DNA from: Bacteroidales bacterium
GTDB lineage: Bacteria > Bacteroidota > Bacteroidia > Bacteroidales > Muribaculaceae
DNA: 60,642 nt
NCBI GenBank assembly: GCA_900755985.1
Contig: CAAEIL010000010.1
Span: forward strand, 1 to 60,642
Direction of reading: 5' to 3'
The first letter of the stretch is position 1; the number at the start of each line of letters is the position of its first letter. Below the pieces are notes generated by a model. That model did not search any database. It was not told the origin of the DNA and saw only the letters and a program-made list of their open reading frames with translations. The translations under genes were made by a program, and so were the position numbers. Below, piece by piece: positions 19,254 to 30,100 of this stretch.

Positions 19254-20654
19254 ATGAAAAAGACTGCCATTTTCGCCTTTCTTGCAATCAGCGCTGCTGT
19301 TTATGCACAACAGCCTCAGACTAAAGACGGAGGCATAAGCCCCGAAATGCTCATGCAGATAAAAGCGGCATACAAGGGGACTCCCGCCGACCGGGCAATC
19401 CGTAATGCCATCGCAGCAAACGACATTGAACGCCTCGCAGTCAACGCCGACAACAAAAACAACTTTGACACACACTTTTCTCACAAAGTGCCGTCAAAAG
19501 GCATCACTGACCAGAAAAAGAGCGGACGTTGCTGGCTCTTCACCGGACTAAATGTCCTTCGCGCTCAGGCCATGCGCGAGCACGACCTCGACAAGCTGGA
19601 ATTCTCACAGAACTACAACTTTTTTTGGGACCAGCTCGAAAAATCCAACCTGTTTCTGCAGTCTGTTATTGATACCGCCGACAAACCTATGGATGACAAG
19701 AATGTCGACTGGCTTTTCAGCAATCCGCTGAGCGACGGCGGCCAATTCACCGGCATATCCGACATCATCACACGATACGGTGTGGTCCCGGCCGAAGTCA
19801 TGTCCGAAACCAACAGCTCGAACTCCACCTCGCAGATGAGGACTCTGCTCAGACTCAAACTTCGCGAAGACGGTCTGCGGCTTCGCGATATGGTTACGGC
19901 AAAAAATACTCAAAACAAGATTGCAAAAGCCAAAACCGATATGTTGGGAGAAATTTACCGTATACTCGTCCTCAACCTCGGCGAACCTCCGACAACATTT
20001 ACATGGACACGTCGAAACAGCAAAGGCGAGGCCGTTGATACACGCAGCTACACACCGCTTGAATTTTATCAGACATACCTAGGCAACAATCTGCAAGACA
20101 ACTATGTGATGCTGATGAACGACCCCACGAGACCTTACTGGCAACTCTACGAAATCGACTATGACCGACACAGCTACGATGGCAAAAACTGGACTTACGT
20201 CAACCTTCCTGTCGACGAAATCAAGAAAATGGCAATTGAATCGATAAAGGATTCGACAGCTATGTACTTTTCGTGTGACGTCATGAAATTTCTCGACCGC
20301 CAACGCGGTCTGCTCGATGTTGATTACTATGACTACGGGGCACTGTTAGGCACAGATTTCGGCATGGATAAACGCGAACGCATACTCACCCATGCCAGTG
20401 GCTCGAGTCACGCAATGACACTGATGGCTGTTGATCTTGACAGTCTCGGTAGACCCGTCAAATGGATGGTCGAAAATTCCTGGGGTCCGGGAGCCAACGA
20501 CGGACACCTCATCATGACCGATCGTTGGTTCGATGAATACATGTTCCGTCTTGTCGTAGACAAAAAGTACCTCAGCGAACGCGCCGCTGCAGTTCTGAAG
20601 CAGAAAGCACAGCGTCTTCCCGCCTGGGATCCTATGTTCAGTGAAGAATACTAA
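19254..20654 (+). CDS. pepC: Aminopeptidase C / bleomycin hydrolase (C1B), secreted
   Basis: QKKSGRCWLF (Cys), SHAM (His), VENSWG (Asn), LPAWDPM. Confidence 0.93.
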   Translation: MKKTAIFAFLAISAAVYAQQPQTKDGGISPEMLMQIKAAYKGTPADRAIRNAIAANDIERLAVNADNKNNFDTHFSHKVPSKGITDQKKSGRCWLFTGLNVLRAQAMREHDLDKLEFSQNYNFFWDQLEKSNLFLQSVIDTADKPMDDKNVDWLFSNPLSDGGQFTGISDIITRYGVVPAEVMSETNSSNSTSQMRTLLRLKLREDGLRLRDMVTAKNTQNKIAKAKTDMLGEIYRILVLNLGEPPTTFTWTRRNSKGEAVDTRSYTPLEFYQTYLGNNLQDNYVMLMNDPTRPYWQLYEIDYDRHSYDGKNWTYVNLPVDEIKKMAIESIKDSTAMYFSCDVMKFLDRQRGLLDVDYYDYGALLGTDFGMDKRERILTHASGSSHAMTLMAVDLDSLGRPVKWMVENSWGPGANDGHLIMTDRWFDEYMFRLVVDKKYLSERAAAVLKQKAQRLPAWDPMFSEEY

Positions 20655-20949
20655 TCCGACGGTATTTCACATCATAACCATTGAGCATTTATCTTCTGAA
20701 TATTAGACTAATAATCGCCGTCACATAGTATCGGTCATGAAACGATATCAGCCTTGCATACATATCGTCGACATCTCCTTAACCAAATTTAACAATAAAT
20801 TTGGATACTTTTAACGCATATTTGCGTCTAAACAATTGATTTAACCTAAACGATTTCGCCCGATGACGTAGTGCTTACACATAATTTACATAATCAGGCA
20901 TATTATAACTAATACAAAATTCATCATTATAAACCAAACAGCAAATCAA

Positions 20950-23784
20950 ATGAAAAAACTGTTTTTTAAGGTTCTGACAGCCGCAGCACTATGGTTCGCA
21001 GCCATGCCCGCCGTGGCACAGCAGATGCCTCAGATGCCGCCGCTGCCTGCAGATACAAATCTGATTAAAGGTAAGCTCGACAACGGCCTTACCTATTACA
21101 TCCGTCACAACGCCACCCCCAAAGGTCAGGCCGACTTCTTTATCGCTCAGAAAGTAGGCTCGGCACTCGAAGAAGAAAACCAGCGCGGTCTGGCTCACTT
21201 CCTTGAGCACATGTGCTTCAACGGAACCGAGCACTTCCCCGGCAACAGCCTCATTGACTGGCTTGAGACCGTAGGTGTCAAATTCGGTCAAAACCTCAAC
21301 GCCTATACATCTATTGACGAGACTGTCTACAACATATCGTCAGTCCCGGTAGAACGCAAAGGCGTACAGGACTCCTGCCTTCTTATCCTTCACGACTGGG
21401 CCGACGGTCTTCTTCTCGACCCCGAAGAAATCAACAAAGAGCGTGGTGTCATCCATCAGGAATGGCGTCGTTCGATGACCGGCTCGATGCGAATCCTCGA
21501 AGACCTTCTGTCCGTCGTTTACCCCAACAACCGCTACGGCAAACGTCTGCCTATAGGCACTATGGAAGTTGTCGACAACTTCCCCCCGCAGGCAATTCGC
21601 GACTACTACGAAAAATGGTATCGTCCCGACAACCAGGCAATCATTGTCGTCGGCGACATTGACCCCAAATACATCGAAAGCAAAATCAAAGAGATTTTCT
21701 CGCCCATCAAAATGCCCGAAAATCCCGCCGAACGCGTTTACTTCCCCGTCGAGGACACCCCGGGTACCATCTGGGCCATCGGCAAGGACAAAGAGATGAC
21801 CAACAACGTAGCAATGCTGATGTTCAAACAGAACGAGAGGCTGATTCCCGACGAACTTAAAAACACACAGGTCTACTACATCGTCAACTACCTGAAATGG
21901 ATAACCGAGCACATGCTCAACGAGCGGCTCAACGAAGTAGCAAAAGCCCCCGATGCTCAATTTGCCGTCGCTTCGGTCGAAATTGGTGATTTCTTCATCT
22001 CTAAGACCAAAGACGCCCTCACTCTCGAAGTAATTGCCAAAGGCAATGACATACAACCTGCTGTCGAAGCTGCTTATCGCGAACTTCTGCGTGCTTCGCG
22101 GGGCGGATTCACCGTCAGCGAAATTGAACGCGCACGCGACAAATACCTCGCTGACCTTGAAGAACAATACAACACCCGTGCCAAACGCTTAAACACATCA
22201 TACTGCCGCGAATATGCTCAGAACTTCACCAACGGCGACCCAATTCCCGGCATAGAGTTCGAATACGAGCTTTTGAAACAAATTGTTCCGATGATTAGCG
22301 GCCAGCAGCAAATCAATTCCTTGCTGCCCGAACTCATTGGCAAGGACAACCGCGCTTTCCTCGTCATGACTCCTGACAAAGAAGGCATTGTACAACCCTC
22401 TCAGGACGCCCTCGAAAAAACAATCGCCGCCGTTGAGGCCGAAACCATCGAACCCTACAAAGAAGAGACAAAAGCCGAACCTCTCATTCCCAATCTTCCC
22501 GCTGCTGTCGCTCCCTCCAAGGTTGAGAAACTCGCCCAGTTCGACGCTACCGAACTCACATTCCCCAATGGCGTACACGTAATTTACAAGCCGACCAAGC
22601 TCAAAGACAGCGAAATCATCTTCAATGCTGACGCACGCGGAGGTCTCTCGTCCATTACTGACGACAAGGCCAACTCTGTCATCTTCCTGCCTTTTGCAAT
22701 GGAGGCTCACGGACTCGGCGATTATACCGACAGCGATATTCAGAAATATCTCTCGGGCAAACAGACCGACCTTCAAATCGCTTTCGATTCATACTTACGC
22801 AGCCTCGAAGGCAAAACCACTCCCAAAAATCTGAAAACCCTGATGGAGCTTATTTACTCCACATTTACCGGATTCACAATCTCGCCCGACGAATTTGCCG
22901 GTAGCAAGAGCAAATACAAAGGTCTTCTTGCCAATCAAGAATCCAATCCTCAGTACATCTTCCAGCGCGACCTGAGCAAAGCTCTCTTCAAAGCTCCTGC
23001 AAAACAGGCAATCTCTGTCGAGGCTATCGAAGCCGCACAGCTCGACGCGACACTCGATATCATTCATAAGATGCTTGCCGCTCCTTCGGACTACACCTTC
23101 GTATTCGTAGGCGACATCGACCCAGAGACCTTTACAACTTTGGCTTCGCAATATTTGGGTACGCTGCCAGCAGCTGCCAAAAACGCTTCGATAAGCCTCA
23201 AGGCAAATCCCGCATTCGAATGTGCAACCGGCAAAACCGACAACAACTTCACCACCAAGATGGAAACGCCCCAGACATGGGTATTCATCGGTGTTAACGC
23301 CAAACTCCCCTACACCACCAAGAACAAATTGCTTTCGACGGCAAGCGCTCAGATTCTGTCCAAACGACTTCTGGCCAAAATCCGCGAAGAAATGGGTGCT
23401 GTGTACTCGATTGGTGCCGGCGGCAATCTTTCGCGCGTAAGCAATCAAAACGCCATTCTGCAGATTCCATTCCCCATGAAACCCGAAATGAAAGCTGAGG
23501 TCCTCAAGGAAATCAACTCCATGCTCACCGCCATGACCAAGGACGTTACCGAAGCCGAACTCAACCCCATCAAAGAGTTCCTCGCCAAAGAATACAAATC
23601 GGGCCTTGACGAAAACAGCACATGGGCTTCGACCATCTCGGCTATTAAGATTAATGACGTTGACACCTTCAACGGTCAGCTCGATGTCATCAATGCACTT
23701 ACCCCCGCCGATGTAATGGAATATATGAAGGAACTCCTGGAACAAGGCAATCTCCACACTATTATCCTCGACCCCGCTGAATAA
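20950..23784 (+). CDS. M16 family zinc protease (PqqL-like), secreted
   Basis: GLAHFLEHM (HxxEH), NAYTS, four-domain M16 length (944 aa), IREEMGAVY. Confidence 0.93.
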   Translation: MKKLFFKVLTAAALWFAAMPAVAQQMPQMPPLPADTNLIKGKLDNGLTYYIRHNATPKGQADFFIAQKVGSALEEENQRGLAHFLEHMCFNGTEHFPGNSLIDWLETVGVKFGQNLNAYTSIDETVYNISSVPVERKGVQDSCLLILHDWADGLLLDPEEINKERGVIHQEWRRSMTGSMRILEDLLSVVYPNNRYGKRLPIGTMEVVDNFPPQAIRDYYEKWYRPDNQAIIVVGDIDPKYIESKIKEIFSPIKMPENPAERVYFPVEDTPGTIWAIGKDKEMTNNVAMLMFKQNERLIPDELKNTQVYYIVNYLKWITEHMLNERLNEVAKAPDAQFAVASVEIGDFFISKTKDALTLEVIAKGNDIQPAVEAAYRELLRASRGGFTVSEIERARDKYLADLEEQYNTRAKRLNTSYCREYAQNFTNGDPIPGIEFEYELLKQIVPMISGQQQINSLLPELIGKDNRAFLVMTPDKEGIVQPSQDALEKTIAAVEAETIEPYKEETKAEPLIPNLPAAVAPSKVEKLAQFDATELTFPNGVHVIYKPTKLKDSEIIFNADARGGLSSITDDKANSVIFLPFAMEAHGLGDYTDSDIQKYLSGKQTDLQIAFDSYLRSLEGKTTPKNLKTLMELIYSTFTGFTISPDEFAGSKSKYKGLLANQESNPQYIFQRDLSKALFKAPAKQAISVEAIEAAQLDATLDIIHKMLAAPSDYTFVFVGDIDPETFTTLASQYLGTLPAAAKNASISLKANPAFECATGKTDNNFTTKMETPQTWVFIGVNAKLPYTTKNKLLSTASAQILSKRLLAKIREEMGAVYSIGAGGNLSRVSNQNAILQIPFPMKPEMKAEVLKEINSMLTAMTKDVTEAELNPIKEFLAKEYKSGLDENSTWASTISAIKINDVDTFNGQLDVINALTPADVMEYMKELLEQGNLHTIILDPAE

Positions 23785-23805
23785 GCATTATACAATCCTT
23801 TTTGC

Positions 23806-23844
23806 AAAGCCATCCGGCACCCATTGGTCCGGATGGCTTTTTTT
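23806..23844 (+). terminator. Rho-independent terminator
   Basis: AAAGCCATCCGG / CCGGATGGCTTT stem plus T run. Confidence 0.85.
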
Positions 23845-23892
23845 ATCATTTTTTACCTTGCGGACAAGATGAAGCGAAGGAACAGAGTGTCG

Positions 23893-23924
23893 TTTGTTAT
23901 TTTCGCCGAATTTGCTTAACTTTG
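23893..23924 (+). promoter_or_regulatory. Primary-sigma promoter for Fur-family/purA operon
   Basis: TTTG (23893-96), 20 nt spacer, TAACTTTG (23917-24). Confidence 0.7.
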
Positions 23925-23970
23925 CCCTGTGAGTCGGGCACTACTCCGCGTTTATGTCCGATATATTATT

Positions 23971-24441
23971 ATGGACCACAGCAATAACGGCAATAAGACT
24001 GACCTCGAACGTAGTCGGGACAAACTTATAACATTCCTGCGCCAACGCAACATGCGTCGTACCCCCGAACGTTTTGCCCTTTTGGAATGTGTCATGGAAC
24101 AGACCTCGCATTTCTCGGTCGACGAATTTCACCGTCGCATCGAGGCTCGGGGCGGATTTCATGTATCCAAAGCTACGGTCTACAACACCATTCAACTGTT
24201 TCTCGAAGCCGGCATCGTACGGCGCCATACATTCGACGGCACCGCCCAGTACGAACGAATCGAAATTGACGGTCACAACCACCACCACCTTGTTTGCACC
24301 CGCTGCGGCGCTGTGCGCGAAGCCGGCGATGACACAATAGCCGAAGTCATAGGACAACACAAATACAAAGACTTCGAGCCATCTTACTTTTCGCTTTACG
24401 TATATGGCTTGTGTCCCCGGTGCAGACGCAAACAACAATAG
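23971..24441 (+). CDS. Fur-family transcriptional regulator
   Basis: RRTPERF, SKATVYNT helix, HHHLVCTRCG and CPRC zinc sites; ATG 23971 preferred. Confidence 0.9.
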   Translation: MDHSNNGNKTDLERSRDKLITFLRQRNMRRTPERFALLECVMEQTSHFSVDEFHRRIEARGGFHVSKATVYNTIQLFLEAGIVRRHTFDGTAQYERIEIDGHNHHHLVCTRCGAVREAGDDTIAEVIGQHKYKDFEPSYFSLYVYGLCPRCRRKQQ

Positions 24442-24502
24442 ACACATATTTCTCAATCGAATATTTCCATTATAACCCTCCTAAATATCTGAATATAAAA
24501 AA

Positions 24503-25801
24503 ATGAAAGCTGACGTTCTGTTAGGCCTCCAATGGGGCGACGAAGGCAAAGGAAAAGTTGTTGATGTTCTCACGCCTCGATACGACATCGTGGCCCGTTT
24601 TCAAGGCGGTCCCAACGCCGGACACACCCTTGAATTCGACGGCAAAAAATTCGTTCTGCGCTCCATTCCCTCAGGCGTTTTTCAACAAGGTCAGACCAAT
24701 GTCATAGGGTCGGGAGTCGTCTTCGACCCGGTACTGTTTGCAGACGAAGCCCGCGAGCTTGAATCTGCCGGAGTCAATCTGCCCGAAGTACTTATTCTGT
24801 CCCGCAAAGCCAATATAATAATCCCTACCCATCGGCTTTTGGACGCTGCCTCCGAATCATCTAAAGGCAAGTCGAAAATCGGCACCACCGGCAAAGGTAT
24901 CGGCCCTACATACACCGACAAAATCAGCCGCAACGGCCTGCGCCTCGGCGATACTGAAAACAACTTCGACGAAAAATACCAAGCTGCACGTGCACGACAC
25001 CTCAAACAGCTTGCCGCTCTTGGTGTCGCCGTTGACAACGAAGCCCTGGCAAAAGCCGAAGAACGCTTTGCCGACGCCCTCGAATATCTGAAACGCTTCA
25101 GACTTGTCGACACCGAAATAGTCCTCAATCAGGCACTGTCTTCTGAAAAAAGCATATTATGCGAAGGCGCTCAGGGTACCATGCTCGACATCGACTTCGG
25201 TTCTTACCCCTTTGTCACTTCCAGCAACACCGTATGTGCCGGAGCATGCACCGGCTTAGGTCTGGCTCCACGAGCCATAGGCGAGGTTTTCGGCATTTTC
25301 AAAGCGTACTGCACACGTGTAGGCGCCGGACCGTTTCCAACCGAGCTTTTCGACGAAACAGGCCGAGAAATCCGTGACCGAGGCCACGAATACGGTGCCG
25401 TCACCGGACGCGAACGCCGATGCGGATGGATCGACCTCGTAGCTCTGCGCTACGCAATCATGCTCAACGGTGTCACACAGCTGATAATGATGAAGTCTGA
25501 CGTCCTCGACAGTTTCGACCAAATCAAAGCCTGCATAGCCTACGACATTGAAGGCACCATAACTTCAGACATGCCTTACGACCTGTCAGCAGCAAACATC
25601 AAGCCGGTGCTCAAAACAATTCCCGGATGGAAAACAGACCTGACAGCCTGCGCCAGCGAAGACAAACTGCCCGCAAAGTTCCTCGACTATGTATCTTTCC
25701 TCGAAGAGCAGTTGGGCACTCCCATATCTATCATCTCGGTTGGTCCTGACCGCACTCAGACCATTATCCGCAAAAAAGCGCGTCTTAATCCTGTAAAATA
25801 A
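24503..25801 (+). CDS. purA: Adenylosuccinate synthetase
   Basis: QWGDEGKGK, GPNAGHT, EGAQG, TRVGAGPFPTE. Confidence 0.98.
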   Translation: MKADVLLGLQWGDEGKGKVVDVLTPRYDIVARFQGGPNAGHTLEFDGKKFVLRSIPSGVFQQGQTNVIGSGVVFDPVLFADEARELESAGVNLPEVLILSRKANIIIPTHRLLDAASESSKGKSKIGTTGKGIGPTYTDKISRNGLRLGDTENNFDEKYQAARARHLKQLAALGVAVDNEALAKAEERFADALEYLKRFRLVDTEIVLNQALSSEKSILCEGAQGTMLDIDFGSYPFVTSSNTVCAGACTGLGLAPRAIGEVFGIFKAYCTRVGAGPFPTELFDETGREIRDRGHEYGAVTGRERRCGWIDLVALRYAIMLNGVTQLIMMKSDVLDSFDQIKACIAYDIEGTITSDMPYDLSAANIKPVLKTIPGWKTDLTACASEDKLPAKFLDYVSFLEEQLGTPISIISVGPDRTQTIIRKKARLNPVK

Positions 25802-25809
25802 ACATTATT

Positions 25810-27054
25810 ATGGCCAAAGTCAAACCTTTCAAGGGCATACGCCCCCCGCGCGAACTTGCCGCAAAAGTGGCATCGCGTCCTTACGACGTCCTCAACTCAG
25901 ACGAAGCACGTGCCGAAGCCAAAGGCAACCCCATGTCTCTATACCATATCATCAAACCGGAAATAGACTTCGAACCCGGCACCGACGAGCACGACCCCAA
26001 GGTCTACCGCAAGGCCGTCGAAAACTTTGCTGATTTCCGTCAAAAAGGATGGCTCGTCCAGGATGCTGACGAAAAGTACTACATCTATGCACAGACCATG
26101 GACGGTCGCACACAATATGGATTCGTCATCGCGGCCAATGTCGACGACTATCTTAACGGCGTAATCAAAAAGCACGAACTTACACGCCGCGACAAAGAAG
26201 AAGACCGCATGAAGCATGTTCGCGCTCAAAACGCCAACATCGAACCGGTGTTTTTCGCATTCAAGGACAACGCAGTCCTTGACGAAATTCTACGACGCGT
26301 TACTGCAGGACAAGCCGAATACGACTTCACGGCTGATGACGGCTTCGGCCACCATTTCTGGATTGTCGACGCGCCCGAAGACATCGCAACAATCACAGCT
26401 GAATTTGCCAAGATGCCCGCGCTCTACATTGCCGACGGACATCACCGTACTGCAGCCGCCGCGCTTGTTGGAGCCGAAAAAGCCAAAAACAATCCCGATC
26501 ACCGGGGCGACGAAGAATACAACTATTTCCTGGCCGTAGCTTTCCCCGAAAGCCAGCTCAAAATAATTGACTACAATCGCGTGGTCCGCGACCTCAACGG
26601 CCTTTCGCCCCAACAGTTCTTAGACCGTTTGGCTCAGGATTTCGATGTCACCGACAAAGGCAGCGAAGTATATCATCCTGCTCACCTGCATGACTTCTCC
26701 CTATACCTCGAGGGACACTGGTATGAACTTAGGGCCAAAGCCGGACGTTACAATGACAACGACCCTATCGGCGTTCTCGACGTCACCATCTCATCCGACC
26801 TTATTCTGCGTGACATACTCGGCATCACCGACTTGCGCTCGGACCGCCGCATCGACTTCGTCGGCGGCATCCGCGGTCTTGAAGAACTCAAGCGTCGTGT
26901 CGACTCTGGCGAAATGGCCATGGCACTCGCTCTCTATCCCGTGTCTATGAAACAGCTTATGGACATAGCTGACTCAGGCAACATCATGCCTCCCAAGACC
27001 ACATGGTTCGAGCCCAAGCTCCGCTCCGGTCTCATCATCCATACGCTTGACTGA
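25810..27054 (+). CDS. DUF1015 family protein
   Basis: PYDV, IKKHELT, YIADGHHR, MPPKTTWFEPKLRSGL. Confidence 0.92.
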   Translation: MAKVKPFKGIRPPRELAAKVASRPYDVLNSDEARAEAKGNPMSLYHIIKPEIDFEPGTDEHDPKVYRKAVENFADFRQKGWLVQDADEKYYIYAQTMDGRTQYGFVIAANVDDYLNGVIKKHELTRRDKEEDRMKHVRAQNANIEPVFFAFKDNAVLDEILRRVTAGQAEYDFTADDGFGHHFWIVDAPEDIATITAEFAKMPALYIADGHHRTAAAALVGAEKAKNNPDHRGDEEYNYFLAVAFPESQLKIIDYNRVVRDLNGLSPQQFLDRLAQDFDVTDKGSEVYHPAHLHDFSLYLEGHWYELRAKAGRYNDNDPIGVLDVTISSDLILRDILGITDLRSDRRIDFVGGIRGLEELKRRVDSGEMAMALALYPVSMKQLMDIADSGNIMPPKTTWFEPKLRSGLIIHTLD

Positions 27055-27195
27055 CACGTCAATTTAACGACGTCAGAGACTAAACCTCAACCCCAAACTG
27101 TCGTCTAAATATTATTAGCGACATACTTTTAGTACAAAACACGGTCGCATAGCAATATACGTCCGTGTTTTTTATTATCTATTAAAACGACTGTT

Positions 27196-30100
27196 ATGAA
27201 AAGATACTATCTTGCCGTATTGGCAGTGCTTATGGCCCTGACAACGACAGCCGCCGTCAAGGCCCCGGACTTCGCTTTCCCTCGTACCGTGTCTAAAGAA
27301 GCCGCTGCCGCATACAAGACAGCGGTAAAAAACAACGACGAAAACGCCATGCTTGATGCCGCAATACGCATCTACCTTGCCGGCATATCAATCGACAACA
27401 GCTCGTCCACCAAATGTATCGGCGAATTTATCAGCAACATCGCTCCACTGAAGAAACCGGCGTCAAAAGCTATGGCTACGCTCTTCGAAGCCTCGGCTTA
27501 TTCGTATGCTTATAATCAGGAACGCTACAAATTCGACGGTCGCGAACTGCCTCTGACACCGCGTCCCACAGACATGGCCGAATGGTCCGGCGAGATGTAT
27601 AAATTTGTCATAGACTCGCTTATAAGCGAATCATTCCGTCTTGCCGACAATACGCCCCTTGCGCAGTTCAAACCTATAATCACGGCCGACGAGCTGTCGC
27701 TGAGCTTCTATCCATCAGTCAAAGACTTTGTTAGCCAATATGCCACGGGGACTCTCAAATATTATGTCCCCCAAAAGACCGTCGACGCAGTCATCGACCA
27801 AATGAAGGTCTTTCATCAGTCACGCACCAATCCCTGGTACCTTTGGCAGACAATTGCTATCGAAGTAAACAGTGACATTGACACTTCGGCAAAAGTAAAA
27901 CAATACATGGCCTTATATCAGTCGCAGCCGCAAGAGACAGGCCGAGCATTCGTCCTTGAACGCATAATCGACGATATTAGCGAAGTCAGACCCAAAGCTT
28001 CGCAGCAAGTCTCCTTTCTGGACTCGGCCTTAACCTATTTCAAAGGGTATTGGATAGAAAATAATTTACGAAACGAAATCAATCGGCTTAAAAACCCGGC
28101 CATAGAAATCAGCTCACCGAAATCATCGTTTCCGGCTGACAGCGAGACCATTAAACTCAAAGTCTCATATTCCAATCTATCGCACGCCACTGTCCGTATT
28201 TACAACTTTACTGACGAAAATGTCGCCAATAAAGCCGTCATCTATGGATTGGGGGCGTCACGTCCGGTCAAGAGCATAGCGCTCGACTTTGGACAAGCCA
28301 CACCCGACGAAAGAGACACCACCATAACTGTCTCACTGCCTGTGGGATGTAACGCTATTGTCTCAGACATTGCATCGACAGACTCAAAGAAACCCTACCC
28401 TCTGTTTATCAACGCCTTAAAGCTCGTTCCGACTATTGTCAGCGAAGGTAACCGACGCACACTCTACATCACCGACGCCATTTCAGGCGCGCCTGTCCAG
28501 GATGTCGCTGCTGCTGTTGTCAGCCGCCGAAAAAACACAAAAGTCACCAAACTGGGCACAAGCGACAAATTAGGACGCATCATTTTTGAATGTCCCGAAG
28601 AAGGCATACTTCAGTTGAAGTACAATGGCTTAACAAGCACTTATAACAACGTCTCTTTTTATCGCATCGGCCGCAACGATTTTGTGCCGACAAATATCAG
28701 TATGACTACCGACCTACCGGTTTACAAACTCGGTCAGGAGGTGCGTTGTCTCGGAGTTTTGGCTGACACGACAGGAGCGGTTTCCAATTCGGCTATCCAA
28801 CTGACTCTACGAGACTCAAATTATAAAACCATCGGTACTAACACGGCCTACACCGATGGCTTCGGGCGCTTTACATGCAAATTCAGCTTGCCTTCCGAGA
28901 CCCGTACCGGAAGATTCTCTATTTCGGCACAAGGCACCAACCATGCCTCTGCTGCAGTTGGTTTTGAAGTAAGCGACTTCAAGATGCCGGCGTTCCGCGC
29001 CGATTCCATTGCCGTTGTCGGCGCAGGCCTTCATAAAGACTATGCAGATGCTTCGGGGCGCATACTTACCTACGCAGGTTTCCCGCTAAGCAACACTCGC
29101 ATCGACATCTGTGTCTCAGGCGTAGACTCAACTTTCACGACTACCACCAATGCCGACGGTCGTTTTGCACTGCGTCTTGACAGCGTTTTCAGCGACAAAG
29201 CCAACAACCGCTGGCGCAATGTCAGCATTTCGGCCACTTCGCCTGACGGAACAAAACTTGATGTATATAATTCGTCAGTTTCCCGCTACCCTTATAATTT
29301 AGAGTTGTCAGGCACAGGCAGGAAGTTTGACAGCGACAGTATTATTACAGTAAAAGCAAAACTGACCACTGCACTCGACCGAGAAATCGACGGCACACTT
29401 CGCTGGCGACTGTGCGACAAAAAAGACACCACAATATGTGCCGGTATCGGCAAAACCGGTAGCCTGACTCTCGATTTCAGCAAAATCAAGCCGGGAGAGT
29501 ATACACTCAAAGTCTGCGACACCGACTCTTTGGCATCGGCCACGTCTGTCAACATAACATTGTATTCGCTACATTCAGACTCACTGCCTAAAGAAGGCAT
29601 TTTATGGACGCCCGACAGCAAAGTCAAAGTACATAAAGGCGAAATCACGGCCCGTGTCCTTGTCTCGGCTCCCGGTGCCAACATATTTTACGGCATTCTC
29701 GACCGACCGGAAGATTACAAATGCGAATACGTCAAAGCCGGCTGGCATACTCTGCACTACAAAGCCGATGCTGACGGCGAGGACAATTTCGTTGCCTTTG
29801 CAGTCCGCGACATTGCCCATAGCTCGCTCAACTTCGAAATCGAAGTACAAAACATTGATAAGGAAGCACTGAAACTCGTCCTCGAAAGTTTCCGCGACAA
29901 AGTATATACCGGAAGTACCGAAAAATGGCAGTTCCGCATCACTGATGCACAGAATCGGCCTGTCGAAGCGGCTCTTGCATTAAACGTTTATAACTCCCGT
30001 CTTTCAGTATTCGGCATTCCCGATGCACTGCGTCCTGCATGCCCGTCGTTGTTCAACCCTGGCGTATCCATAAGATTTCCCGAACAAGGTTGGCAGGCAT

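Noticed and set aside
21340..23757. Long antisense ORFs (275, 192 and 320 aa) opposite the M16 gene, and similar ones elsewhere
   Set aside because: Expected from codon bias of the sense gene; no motifs or independent start signals.
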